Under the pieces are notes generated by a model that searched no databases, was not told the origin of the DNA, and saw nothing but the letters and a program-made list of their open reading frames with translations. From NCBI RefSeq assembly GCF_009914755.1, contig NC_060937.1: a DNA stretch of 64,000 nucleotides; one strand, written 5' to 3'. This document shows positions 14,071 to 27,485 of this stretch, piece by piece. The DNA is from the human T2T-CHM13v2.0 reference genome, Homo sapiens. Every line of letters begins with the position of its first letter. The first letter of the stretch is position 1. The position numbers were made by a program, and so were the translations under genes.

Positions 14071-14669
14071 GTCCGTCTGACATGTTCTGCACCACCCACT
14101 ACACTGCAGGGCATTTAGGTAAGCAGCATTTATAAGAGTGACTGGAAATGGCTTAGGAAAAATGGTACAGAATGTAATTTATCAGAATAATCACTGATCC
14201 TCTTAGCATGTGTATTCAACAGGTAACTGTGACTCTAAAATGTTATTTGGGAGGGAATTTGCAACCAAAGTTAGAAACAGCTCTAGAGGTGCTGGGATCT
14301 AGGGGCCTTAGATTTTTTCATCTCAGTTAATCACACCATGCTTTAGGAAGCTTTAGGATAAGATTCTGGTGCTAGTGTCCCCGGTTGGTTTTGCTTCTGA
14401 GAACCAATTTTGCAGTTGTCACATGATGAGTTGGATCCTCATGCAGATCCTCCAAGGGTCTTACTGAACACCATCGGTTTATGCTAGTGAGGGTTTGTGG
14501 TTCTCAGCTTCCCGCATTGGAATGAACATTATTTGGGCCTGAGCTGTGACAGCTTCCTTCTTCAGCTTCCTTCCTTGGGTTCTTCTGGTTGGGGTATGGA
14601 CCACTTCTTCTGGAGAACAGCAGGGTGGTGTTCAAGCACCATCGTACTCTCCTAGTCTAGAGCTCAGCC

Positions 14670-15125
14670 ACCCAGTACTATAGCCAATAGAGATATTTGG
14701 CTCAAAAACACGTGAGAGATGGTAGTGTGACAGAATAATGGAATTGTAAATTGTATTTAGTTTTAATCAAAACTTTAAAATTGATATCCAATATATATGA
14801 TTGGAACAACTTGAATATGTGAGCTTACCTTTTCATCTCTAAAGTTTATGATAAAAGATTTCCAGTAAAAATTTAATGTCCAAGTTGAGATATGCTGTGA
14901 GTGTAAAATACATGCTATATTTCAAAGACTTAGTATTTAAAAAGAATAATATACAATAAGTAATTTTAAAATGTTGATTATTTGTTGAGATGATAATATT
15001 TTTGGTACATTAGGTTAAATAAAATGTACTATTAAAATAATGTTATCTTCTTAAAATTGTGATGACTATAAAATTTGAAATTGCATAGGTGGCTTACATA
15101 ATGTTTCTGTTATTGGGCATTGCCC
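14670..15125. mobile_element. hAT-Charlie element (MER33-like)
   Basis: gttgagatatgctgtgagtgtaaaatac...ttcaaagacttagta...gtggcttacata matches recalled MER33 in reverse. Confidence 0.65.
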
Positions 15126-15379
15126 TAGAGCTAACTGAGGAAAAGATCATAGGGCACCATTTGCCATTGTTGTCAGTATGTGGCTTTCAGTACTAGGAGG
15201 TAAAGTAGATACTCTTTCCATACTAAATACTAAATGCCACTATCATTAAAAAACAACATGGCAAATCTTGCCCTTAAGGGGACCTCATTTTTTCCCCAGC
15301 AAAACAAAACCGACAGCCTGTTATATAGCTAAAGAGTAGATGAAAATACTTAAACAATATAAATGAACTTTATTGGTTA

Positions 15380-15481
15380 ATAGGTGCAGCAAACCACCAT
15401 GGCACACATTTACCTATGTGACAAACCTGCACATCCTGCACATGTATCCCAGAACTTAAAATTAAATATATATATAAAATA
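15380..15481 (+). mobile_element. 5'-truncated L1PA 3' end with TSD
   Basis: gtgcagcaaaccaccatggcacac...acctgcacatcctgcacatgtatcccagaacttaaa, flanked by aactttatt(g/a)gtta on both sides. Confidence 0.88.
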
Positions 15482-16355
15482 AACTTTATTAGTTATGCAA
15501 TGAAATAAAACAGAGCAAGCAATACCTTTAGGTTCACTGAATTTTAAAGTTAACACCTTCAATACAAATGTATATATTTTGTATACACGGTTATGAAGGT
15601 ATGAACATATTAATGAGCAAAATAATTATGAATACTTGTTCCTCTTTTGTAGTTTTAAATATGTATAAGCAAGAAGTAACTTGACATGACATAATGCTGT
15701 GCCACCTTGCCTATTCTGTCGTGGGCTCCAAATGTAAATTCATCAGAAGAGCTCACAGCTTTGTTGAATCTCCTGCCTCTTTGGGGAGATAGGCTCATAT
15801 GTCTCAATTTTGAAGCACCCCTCTTGGAATGAGGTCAGTTAGACCACTCCAAGGACCACTCTCTTTTCTTCTTTGTATTTTCTGGGGAAAACGTATAGCT
15901 AGCATGCTGGGACTGTTTGTTTTGAATGAGTTTGTTTATGAGTTTTCAAAACAAAATTATGAAAAAAAGGGAAGTTTCCAACTCCTTGTGCATGTCTTGC
16001 TGGCTAAGCAGATGATCTCTAAAAACAGATTACAATATCATTTTGAAGGTAACAAAGGTATCTTCCTTGCTTATCTTTAAGGCTGCATATTTTATTGTTT
16101 ATACATTGGCCAATTAGGAACTGAAATTTAAGAAAGACAGTCATTTTAACCTATTGAAGTCACAGAATGAAATGATGAAGTAATCGTATGTGTTCCCAGT
16201 TTAGCATATATGTATATATATGCATTGATGAATAATATGATTTGTTGTAAACAAATGAAAAACTGCAGAAACCTGTAATTTGTACATTATTATTTCAGAT
16301 CACCGTAACAAATATTACCAGGTTTTTAATTTTCTTTAAAAAAATGCATTTCTAG

Positions 16356-16651
16356 GGCTGGGCGTGGTGGCTCACGCCTGTAATCCCAGCACTTTGGGAG
16401 GCCAAGGCAGGAGGATCACGAGGTCAGGAGATCGAGACCATCCTGGCCAACATGGTGAAACCCTGTCTCTACTAAAAAGACAAAAATTAGCCGAGCGTGG
16501 TGGCACGTGCCTGTAGTCCCAGCTGCTCGGGAGGCTGAGGCAGGAGAATTGCTTGAACCAGGGGGTCAGAGGTTGCAATGAGCCAAGATTGCGGCTGCAC
16601 TCCTGCCTGGTGACAGAGCGAGACCCCGTCTGAAAAAAAAAAAGAAAAAAA
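16356..16651 (+). mobile_element. AluSc-like, full length
   Basis: ggatcacgaggtcaggagatcgagaccatcctggccaac; A-tail. Confidence 0.93.
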
Positions 16652-16824
16652 GATTTTCTAAAATTGTATTTATACTCTCTGCTCCTTCCCCATCAGCCAT
16701 CAACGCTTCCCTCCCTCCCTCTCCCTTCCTTAATGATAAGCCCTCAGCTTTGCTCAGGACTCAGCCTCCCATGTGGTTTTGGTAAGTGGTCTAAGACCTG
16801 AGGCCCAAAGCGTGATTGGCTGAT

Positions 16825-16935
16825 GCTGTGATTTCTCAGCCTGGTTGCGCATTAGAATCACCCTGGGAGCTTTAGAATCCAGATGCCTGGGCTCTACTCA
16901 CAGAGATTCTGATTTAATTGGTGTGTTGCAGAACC
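16825..16935. mobile_element. MER5A-like fragment
   Basis: gcattagaatcaccctgggagcttt...cagagattctgatttaattgg. Confidence 0.7.
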
Positions 16936-17225
16936 TGACTTGAGCCATTTCGAAATGGGTCATTGATAGCTTGTAGCTGTAACGATTCAAACATATACAA
17001 CATAAGCAGGGTGACCACAGAAGTTATTCTCTAAGTCTGGTATGTTCCTAAATGTCCTCTAAATTCTTATCTTCCACTCCAGGGCTTTTGAAGTGGCCTG
17101 ATCCAAACACCTTCTTTCCGACATTAAAAACATTAGCCGGTTATTTTGCCTCATCAGCACTTCCTACACTTCCTTAGGTGAGCCAGGTTGCTTTTAATCT
17201 CTTGGAGCTGCCTTCGTTAATAGGC

Positions 17226-17520
17226 CTTTTTTTTTTCTTTTTTGTTTTAAATTGTATGTATTGAAAGTATACAACATGATATTTGATATACATATTCCTA
17301 GTGAAGTAATTACTACAATTAAATTAACACACCCATCATTTCACATAGTTACCTTTCTTTTTTGTGGCGAGAGTACCTAAAATCTACTATCATAGCAAAT
17401 TTGTAATATATAATGCAATATTATTAACGACAATACTTGTGTGGTACTCTAGATTTTTTCATCCAAGATAACTGCATCTTTGTATGCTTTGATCTATATC
17501 TCCCCATTTTCCCTGCCCCT
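17226..17520 (-). mobile_element. L1MA-like 3' end
   Basis: gtatacaacatgatatttgatatac...cacatagttacc...aaaatctact. Confidence 0.75.
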
Positions 17521-18355
17521 CCCGATTATGCCTTTTGAGGCAGTATAGTGTGACAGTTAGCCATCACTGAATTCTGGGGGCCTTTTGTCTATTCCAGGGA
17601 GATGAAATTGTTAGAGAAAGATTAGGAGAAAGAATATGAAAAGGACTTAGAGAGGATACAAAATCATGAAGTCACAAATACCTGCCAAACAAATCCACAT
17701 AAGGAGAAAATAAAGAAATGTCAGATTCATAAAAGATCAAAAAACCCAAACTGTTCTTAGAGGGAAAAGCATGCACAGTTAAGGAAACTTTTTTTAAAAA
17801 GTTTTAATAAAATCTGATCTCTAGTGGTAAATACTGTTTCCCAATTACACCTAGACTTTTATCGTGAATCAGGTTTTCTAGTTGACATTGTTGTTTTTCA
17901 TTTGAAAATGAATGCTGTGTATTCTCCTTGTTTCAATTCCCTTATGTATTTTTGTGTTAACTCCCTCTGCCGGGGAGCGCCAGACTCAGATGAAAGGTAT
18001 TATGACATTCGAGATGAATAATGACGTAAGAAGGACTTACTCTATTGTATATCACGGTGCAGTATCAAAACATTTTGTCCCATGAGGAGAGGCAGTGAGT
18101 CAGAAAATCCTGTTGGAATTGTATTATAATGTAGAAAACCATTTCAGAATTACTGTCTGACATTTGGGCAGCTGGGACTTTGAGCTCATTCCACGGCCAC
18201 CCCACCTTAGACATTTTATTAGGAAGATGCTATTCTTTTTTAGGGCTATCACTGGATCTTTGTCCTCACTGATGAATTAATTAGGTAGGTAATAATGAAT
18301 CTGAGTTATTACTGCTGACAATTTAGTCTTATTCTTAAAAACGTTCATTTCATGG

Positions 18356-18778
18356 TGTGTTACTCTGTTCTGTGTTGCAATAAAGGAATACCTGAGACTG
18401 GGTAATTTATAAAGAAAAGAGGTTTTATTGGCTCATGGTTCTGCAGGCTCTGCAAGCATGGCACCAGCATCTGCTCCGCTACCTGTGAGGCCTAGGAACC
18501 TTGTAATCAAGGCAGAAGGCTAAGGGGGAGCAGGCAAGACACACGGCGAAAGAGGGAGCAAGAGAGAGCAAGGGAGGAGGGGCCTTGCTCTTTTAACCAA
18601 CCAGCTCTTGTGTGAACTCAGAATAGGAACTCACTTGCTATGGCAAGGACAGGACCAAGCCATTCATGAGTGATCCGTCCCTGTGACCCAAACGCCTCCC
18701 ACTAGGCCTCACCTCCAACATTGGAGGTCACATTTCAACATGAGATTTGGAGGGGGAAAAAACCTCCAAACCTCATCA
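18356..18778 (-). mobile_element. MaLR solo LTR (MSTA/MSTB type)
   Basis: tg...ca termini with 5-bp TSD catgg (18351-18355 and 18779-18783); aaggaatacctgagactgggtaatttataaagaaaagagg motif. Confidence 0.9.
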
Positions 18779-19946
18779 CATGGTTAAGTGGCATAAGATG
18801 CAACTCTAGGAATTTTTGCTTTTTTAAAACCCAGCTTCGAGCTCCCTTCCATTCCTTCATCAAGATATTCATGATGGATCTGCATTGGGACCTGCTTTTG
18901 TCTTATTGTTTCCCAAGACTAAAAAGGGTTTTCAGCGCAAGTGTTCTCGTAATGTTTTTGTCCCCAAGATTGGATGTTTTTCAGTTGTATTATCTCCCCA
19001 TATTTCTGACATGTACAGACGTGCCCAGCTATGATATTCTGTGTGGATGGTCTTAAAAATGAGTTATCATTATGAATAGTTTGATGGAAAGATTTCCCAG
19101 GAAGCATTATGCTTTGAGTGTTGGGGAAGAGAAGCCACCAGATGTCGTGTAGGCCCTTGTCCCTTTACTGCCTTTCCTCTCTGTTTGTACCCCTGTACAA
19201 GGCAGCTCTTGTGGTTACGATTTGTTAACAATTTGAGTAGCTCCCTTATATTTTGCTTCTAGAGTAATTAAACATTGTTTCTTAGAAATGTAAACATGGG
19301 ACTTAGAATTACGATGCAGTAATGCATTTGGCAGCTGAACTGTGTACTGGGAAAAGAAAAATATCCTGGAGCGGGTTTAAGTTTCGCAGATAAGAAAAAT
19401 GGCTTTATTTAGTGAATTGGAACAATACAAGACCTGTGCCCTGAAGTCAGTACTTTCTCTTCCCAGATGAGTTTCCCCAGGCACAAGACCAACTTCTAAA
19501 ATAAAACTTGAAAGTAAATGGCAAAAACCAGAAACAGAGCCCTGTAAACTAGACTTTTATGCTACGGCGCCATAAAAATAACTTATTTGCTATCAAAATA
19601 AGCTTAAACAGAACCTTTGTCTGACAGATGACTTTTCCTCTCCCCTTAACCTGACAGCACCCCCAACCCAGTCTTTGGTCATAAGCCTGACAGCACGGTG
19701 AGATACAAGTTCCTAGTGGCAGTGGAGGCTGATGTTTATTATTTAGAGAGTTTCTGAAAATGAAAGTGTAATGTCTTGAGTCACTTACTTCCAAATTCTT
19801 CCCAGAGAACTTTAAATAGTGTTGTATTAAAAAACAGGAGTAAACAATCATTCGTAAAACACACCCCAGAATAAATCTCTTATTTCTGCATGAAGGCAAC
19901 TGATCTGAAACATTTTTTCTATGTGCCTTTTAGAGACGGCACCAAA

Positions 19947-20377
19947 TTTCATGCGCGTTCGTGTGAAGAGACCACCAAACAGGCTTTGTGTGAGCAACAT
20001 GGCTGTTTATTTCACCTGGGTGCTGGTGGGCTGAGTCCGAAAAGAGAGTCAGCAAAGGGTGGTGGATTATCATTAGTTCTTATAGGTTTTGGGATAGGCG
20101 GTGAAGTTAAGAGCAATGTTTTGCGGGCAGGAGTGGATCTCACAAAGTACATTCTCAAGGGTGAGGAGAATTACAAAGAACCTTCTTAAGGGTGGGGGAG
20201 ATTACAAAGTACATTGATCAGTTAGGGTGGGGCAGGAACAAATCACAATGGTGGAATGTCATCAGTTAAGGCTATTTTTACTTCTTTTGTGGATCTTCAG
20301 TTACTTCAGGCCATCTGGATGTATACGTGCAAGTCACAGGGGATGCGATGGCTTGGCTTGGGCTCAGAGGCCTGACA
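19947..20377 (-). mobile_element. HERV-H LTR (LTR7 family, LTR7Y-like), 5' LTR with partial PBS
   Basis: Minus strand reads tgtcaggcctctgagcccaagcc...cgcgcatgaaa (431 bp), then tttggtgccgt, the start of the tRNA-His PBS. No TSD pair. Confidence 0.93.
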
Positions 20378-20509
20378 ATAACACAGTGCTCAAAACTGTC
20401 AGATAGCCTGTGTCAGGTCTGAAGATGTGATTTTGGTTGTTTATACTTGGATGCTTTGGATGGGAATAGCCCTGGAGTCAGCCCTTCATTTCAGGCAGAG
20501 GAGCAGAGG

Positions 20510-20650
20510 AGTGTGAGTTAGACACAACTTTGGATCAGGGGCCAGGAAAACTTGGTTGTCATCCTGGACCAGTTACTAACTCGCTGTGTGGGCAAGTCAC
20601 TTCATTTGTCTAAGTCTCTCTTTTTCCTTTTGTAAAATAAGGATGTCGGC
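20510..20650. mobile_element. MIR fragment
   Basis: gggcaagtcacttcatttgtctaagtctc...tgtaaaataagg. Confidence 0.6.
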
Positions 20651-21264
20651 AAATCTGTGTGGTCCCTTCCAACAGTGTTTTTTAAGTTGGTGCCTGAGTA
20701 TCTGAAGCAGGAGATACGAAGGGTCATGTGAGCTGCACATTCCTATTTGCTCCGCCGGGAGGCTGGCTAAGACACCCGGCCCCTGCCTTGTAACCATGAA
20801 CAAGGTTCTCGCAGGGGCTCGTCTCAACTGCAGGTCCCCTGAAGGTCTCATCCTTTTCTTTGCTAGAGGGAATTTGGATGTCGTTGGTCCTTGCCTAACC
20901 CTTGTCTTTGAAAGATACAGATCCAATCTCTGTGTAGCAGTTAAGTGATCTGACTCAGACATATTTACTCAGTCTTCTTAGAGAATGAGAAAACTCTTCT
21001 CAGAATTTTTAAGAATGTTCCTGAAGGACAATAAAAGCTCTCATTCAGGATAGGCCCCAAAACATTTTTTTCTTTATAATATGGTGCCATTTCCTCATTT
21101 TGCTTTTGTTCATTTGTTTATTCCTTCAACAAATATTTTTGAGAATTTGCTGAGCACCAGGTATTACTAGATACTAGGACAGTGAGATAAGTAAGATACA
21201 GCCCCTATCTTCAATAAGCTGTATGCCCTGATAATGATACCCTTAGTGTCTTCTACAAGCTATA

Positions 21265-21675
21265 CGGTCATGCATCACTTAACGACAGGGACACATTCTG
21301 AGAAATGCATCCTTAGGCCATTGCATTGTTGTGTGAACATCATCGAGTGACTTACAGAAACCTAGATGGCGTGGCCTACTGCACACATAGGGTATATGGT
21401 GTAACCTATTGCTCCTAGTCTACAAACCCGCATGGCATGTTACCATACTGCATACTGTAGGCAATTTTCCTCTCCCCCTAACCTGACAGCACCCATTACC
21501 TGACAAAAATGGTAAGTATTTGTGTATCTAAGCATATCTAGACATAGAAAAGGTACAGTAAAACTAAGGCATAAAAAGTGAAAATGGTACACCTTTACAG
21601 GGCAGATCCATTTACGCAACCACCACTGCATGCGTGGTCCATTGTTAATGGAAACTGTTGTGTGGGGCATAACTG
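21265..21675. mobile_element. Tigger3 (Golem) non-autonomous element carrying a foreign insert
   Basis: TA|cggtcatgcatcacttaacgacaggg...gcataactg|TA; recognisable Tigger3 body. Confidence 0.85.
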
Positions 21676-22288
21676 TATATAAAAGTATAGCTACTTTAAT
21701 TTTAAGTTAACCCTGGTATGTGGGAAAATTTGTCTTCTGTGCTGTCTTGCACTGAATTTTGCATTGGTATTTTTCCCTTAATAGTGGCTGCAAAAAAACT
21801 TATAAATACAGAACCTTCTTCATTTATAGAATTCTTCTGCATTGACCTGGAAAATGACGTTGAGAATTGGACGTTACACTACAATGTAGTCCTCCAATGA
21901 AGGCTCTCAATGGGCATTTCTTTAAGGCCTAAGTTAAAGATAAAATAGAACAACTTCCATCACTACAAAAGATAGTGTACTCGGAGGAACTTGTAGAGAT
22001 TTTTTTTTTCTTGTAGCTGTTTTTCTCACTACTCAGGTTTCCTTTTTGAGTTTTGCCCCTGGAGGCTCAGAGTTGAATTCTGTTGGTAGTCACTTAGAAC
22101 CTTTCTACTGCTCTGTCTTTCCTCAGTTGTGTTTTCCCCATGTGGGTTTGTTTTGGGAAAGCAGTGGAGGGGAATTCCTCTTAGGTTGAAATAACTTTTA
22201 GAGCGATGGTGCCACAGTTTACAAATATTTTTAGAAAAATCCTGTCAGATTCTTGGGAACTTCAGACTAACTTCACATCTAAAGTTCT

Positions 22289-22664
<376 letters not shown>

Positions 22665-23494
22665 TAAAGTTCTTATTTAAAAATTTTTCTTCTGATTTGT
22701 TAGTTTAAGAAGGTAGGTTTGAAGCAGTGACCAGGAATTTTCGGGAAATCCATTAAGGAATAAATTATTCAGTAAAACAGTCTCAAAGTGAGGGCCAGAG
22801 TGCAGGACAGAGGCAAAGAGAGATGGTAGCAGTTTATAAAGAGAAGATACTTGATTAGAGAAATCATTGTCAGAGTAACCTTATGCTTAGAAAGAAATCA
22901 CACGCGAAGCTCTGTGTTTGAAATCAGAAGGGAAGGTGGGCATTCGGATGAAGAGGCTGTCGGACTTGCATTACTTTGACCACTACTGTTGTTTTTGCTG
23001 TTGTGGTGGTTGTTGTTGTTTGGAAGATGGAGTAAATTGCAAGCCTGGTGGATTTCATGTGTTTAGAATTGTAGCTAAAATAGCTCCTTACGTTGAAGCA
23101 TTTCCTCAATTCTATACCCACGTTCTCAGTCCTTGTGTTACTACCAGTAACTCATTTTCCAAAATGCAGAATTGCATTTTACATTTTAGTTCTTTCAATA
23201 TTTGGATCAAATACATGTTCAGTGGAAAGGGTATGTTTAATTTCCTTTTGGTTCGGCACTAATTTAAATTATGAATAGAGATAACGTAATTCTAGTATTC
23301 GTATTTGATTGTTAAAATATTTGGACTCAGAAGTGCATTTACACGTTTCCAAATTTGACAAGTAGGAAAAGGTATAGAGTCCAAACTCCTTCCCAGGCCT
23401 ATCCACAGCTACCCAGTGGCCTATCCCCAGGCAACCAGTGTTACCAGTTTCTTGCATATCCTTCTGCATACTACCAATACAAAAGCATGTTATT

Positions 23495-23631
23495 CTGTAG
23501 CCCCAGCTACTTGTGAGGCTGAGGTGGTAGGATCACTCGAGCCGAGGAGCTGGAGGTAGCAGTCAGCTGAGATTGTGCCACTGAACTCCAGCCTAGGTGA
23601 CAGTAAGAACCTGTCTCAAAAAAAAAAAAAA
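23495..23631 (+). mobile_element. Alu right monomer (5'-truncated AluJ or FRAM-like)
   Basis: ctgtagccccagctacttgtgaggctgagg...ctgtctc plus poly-A. Confidence 0.88.
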
Positions 23632-26600
23632 GCATATAATTTTGTTCTTCTTGTTTTTATGCTGATGAGGACATGCTATGTCCACTGTTCCATGGTATGT
23701 GCCTTTATATTCAGTTATTCACTAAAAAAATGAGAAGTATAGAGTAAAATGAAAGTCTGTAGTATTCTCCACTAGAAACAGGTGTGGGGTTCAAGGGAGA
23801 GTGTGTATTAATTATTGCAAAACTTCTGGTTAGGTCATTAATCAGAACGGGAGCCATGCAGTGGTGAAGGGCCCTGGCTATGATCTGAAACATTTTTCTG
23901 AAGCAGTGTTGAGTTCTGTAACTGAAGTCCATGGGGACTTGCTATTGGCATAACTATATGTGGAAAATTTTGCTTTTTGAGTAGGACATTCCCATGCTTC
24001 ACATTTAATTTGAATTTTGGTATGACTGTACTAAGTTAACATAGCTTTTCGCATTTTACAGAGACATTGAGTAAATCATTGACTAAAGATAATTAACTCC
24101 TTTATATCACATGCTGAAATGTTATGGGGGACATATCATTACCTTTCTTGGCTTATGGAAGAGATGTAATCTAATTCATTGAGTCTGACTGTGTTTAAGC
24201 TATTGTTTTGGGTGTCATCGTTGGCTCTTAGAACAGGGACTGGGCCTTAGTCCTTTTCCTTGCTCATACCTGGCCTCCTCCTAGAAGACCCTGCTTTTCA
24301 TGTTTTATGCCTCAGAACCAAGATGTTTGGGGTCCCAAAGTAGGGATGTGTATGAGCACATTTTTTGATACTTTCATCTTTCTCTTACTCTCTAACATGC
24401 GTTCCGCTAGTGTCATGTAAATACAGTGAATCAGATATTTCTCTGCCTGCAAAATGCCTTTTGCCAGTATGTGGGAGGTGTGTTGCAGGTACCACAGTGG
24501 ATTTTCTGCATCTGTTCATACATCCATCTTTCCCACTTAGCTGTGAGTGGCCTCAGTGCAGAATGGTGCCTTAACTCTAGAGTCTGGTAGGAAATGCCAT
24601 GCACATTTGTCAAATGAATGGAAATGCAGCTGACTTGCTAGAGCTCAGTTCTGAGTGCAGGGTGCTTGAATGCTATATAATCAAGTTGAGATCTTAGTCT
24701 GGGGCAGCAGAAAACAAGAAAAGGTTACTGAGCAGGAGAGTGACAGGCTTTCATTTGTATCTTAATGGGTTAATTGCAGTGGCATTAGAAAAGGGGAGAG
24801 ATTGGGGTAAGGCATTAGTTGGAAAGCTTTGATAAAGTCTAGGTGAGTCAGGAAGGGGTTCTGCATTGCTTGTTTCCCATTGCTCTAACTAGATTTCTTA
24901 GAAAAAAGAAAATCTTACACCAGACTTTTACAGCGTTTGCAACTGAGTAAATTTCACTTTGTAATACCCTGGATATTATACAATTATATAAAGCGCAGTA
25001 TAATAAGAGAGTTAGTAGCTTCATTGTAATCAGTAAAAATAATTTTTAAGACAATTGTTATTTTTTGTATATTGTATTATAACAAAAAAGAAGTCATCAA
25101 GTGGGAGGAGGTGTTGTTTTGAGACGTTTGCTTTCATCTCTTAATCCTGCAGACATTTATCTAGTCCCTTCTCTGTACTCTTAAATGCTAGGGATTTAAA
25201 AGACGGATAAGATACAGGCTTATTATGTCTGTGTTCCAGACACTGGACTCCAAACATAAAGCAAACATTACATTATTCTTCCTTATGTAATAGAAATGTT
25301 TATGTAAGATTGTGTGTAAATCAGTCTTGAATAAACTGAATTAAATGGAATGTGCCAATAGGAGTTGCTATTTAGAGAAGCCCTGTGATAAAACATTTGT
25401 ATAATAATATACTTATCTAAACAAGCCCACTAATTTCTATGGGTTTTTTTTTTTTTTCCCCCAAGGCGAGGTATCCTGTATATTCTGTGTTGATTGAATT
25501 CCAGTTGGCCAACCACCTGCCTGGTTAATAGAGTATACCATTAACTTAGTGACACTAGAACCCTGCAAAGGAAATAAGACACAATCTATCGTTGTTCAGT
25601 CTCCACTATTAAATAGATTTTCATTCACTTCAGCTTGGGTGGGTGTAATTTGCATCTTTCCTAACAGGCAAGCATCTGCAAGTGTATTGCCTGTAGAAGC
25701 TCATTAAAAATCAGTGCAAATCCTGACACTGTCTCTAGAAGCAGGCATTAACTTGCAGAAAGTGGTTTGTATTTCCAGTGTCAGTAGAGCTTCCTCACTC
25801 TTTTCCTGCTTCCATGCAAGTTTAGTCCTAAACTAGTACCACTATTTTAGTACAACTAGTACCACTCAAATAATGCTGCTTTTTAAATAAATTCAAGGGG
25901 AACTGCTAAGGAACTGAGAACCTGTAAGGTGACAGGAAAAAGGAAATTCTATTTTTTGGGGCTAGTTTGTGTATTGAAAATAATTTTTGCTGAGAATCAA
26001 GCTAAGAAAATTACTTGCTAATTTAAACAACATGACAGTCCTCAGAATTTTCCAGCAACAGTTAGGAGCACTGTGATAAAGTTGGCTTTTCTGTTGAGAA
26101 CGTTTTACCTTTTTGCTTCAGCTTCTTTAAAGAGTTTGAAATTAGTAATTTCAGTAGAGCAGCTTTGCTGTTGCGTCGTACTGCTCAGAGCTTAGTGAGC
26201 TGAAGCCTTTTGGGAAAATAGCATTTGGGGAGAGACTCGTGGTGTAATAGCTCATCCCACTGGCACATGTCCCAGAGTAAGCTGGGCTGGAAGCTTTTAG
26301 TGTAGTTAAAAGATGCCAGTCTGTCATTTGCATGCACTGTAATTGGGCAAGTGGTTTCAGGCTGAGCTTTACATTATCCTTCCACTGAGAGCAGCTGGTG
26401 GTGGGCTGTAGATTCCATATGAGCTGGGGACTTATCATCTGGTGTGTTTAGTGCAATCCTGCCTCATCTTGGGAGCAATTTTTTATTGAATGATAATAAT
26501 AATGCACAATCTTGGTGAAAGATAATGCTTGTGGTTATTAGAATGTGTAGACTGAGTAGGGGCTTTGGCATAGAGATGGTAATGGTGGGGAAAGACATAT

Positions 26601-26947
26601 TTAATAAAAGGATTGTAATGGGGAGAAAGTAAATATTTTGCAGGATAAGGAAAGCCACAAATATGATTAATTTAAGAGTCTTAAATAAAATGTCTATAAA
26701 ATGTTAGATTTTTAGTACCAGTAAGGCAAAGTGGCCAATCTCTAGCTTCCTTTATAAAGTCTACTCATCCTTGGAGGGTCGCTTTTTGGTGCTTTTTTTG
26801 TTTGTTCAGAGTCAACTTCTTCCTCTAGGGATATGTTTAAGTCTGTCACCTTTCCTTAGGAATTGTGCCAATTTGATCATTTGTTCCACCACTGCTGCCC
26901 CGCCCCCTTTTCTTGACTCAAAGAATAATTTGTGTACCCTGTCTCTG

Positions 26948-27123
26948 TTTTTTTTTTTTTTTTCTTTTTCTTTTTTTTTTATTATACTTTAAGTTCTAGG
27001 GTACATGTGTACAACGTACAGGTTTGTTACATATGTATACATGTGCCATGTTGGTGTGCTGCACCCATTAACTCGTCATCTGCATTAGGTATGTCTCCTA
27101 ATGCTATCCCTCCCCCCTCCCCA
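26948..27123 (-). mobile_element. Young 5'-truncated L1PA 3' end inserted at the tail of an AluJ
   Basis: ttattatactttaagttctagggtacatgtg...gctatccctcccccctcccc; TSD tctctgttttttt at 26942 and 27124. Confidence 0.92.
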
Positions 27124-27129
27124 TCTCTG

Positions 27130-27485
<356 letters not shown>

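Noticed and set aside
19890-20189. Two near-identical ~90-aa ORFs (19890..20189 + and 29724..29981 -)
   Set aside because: Antisense translations of the two LTR7-family copies, not a duplicated gene.
25831-25866. Short direct repeats (aactagtaccact x2; also about 2844-2880 and 30699-30735)
   Set aside because: Ordinary slippage micro-duplications.
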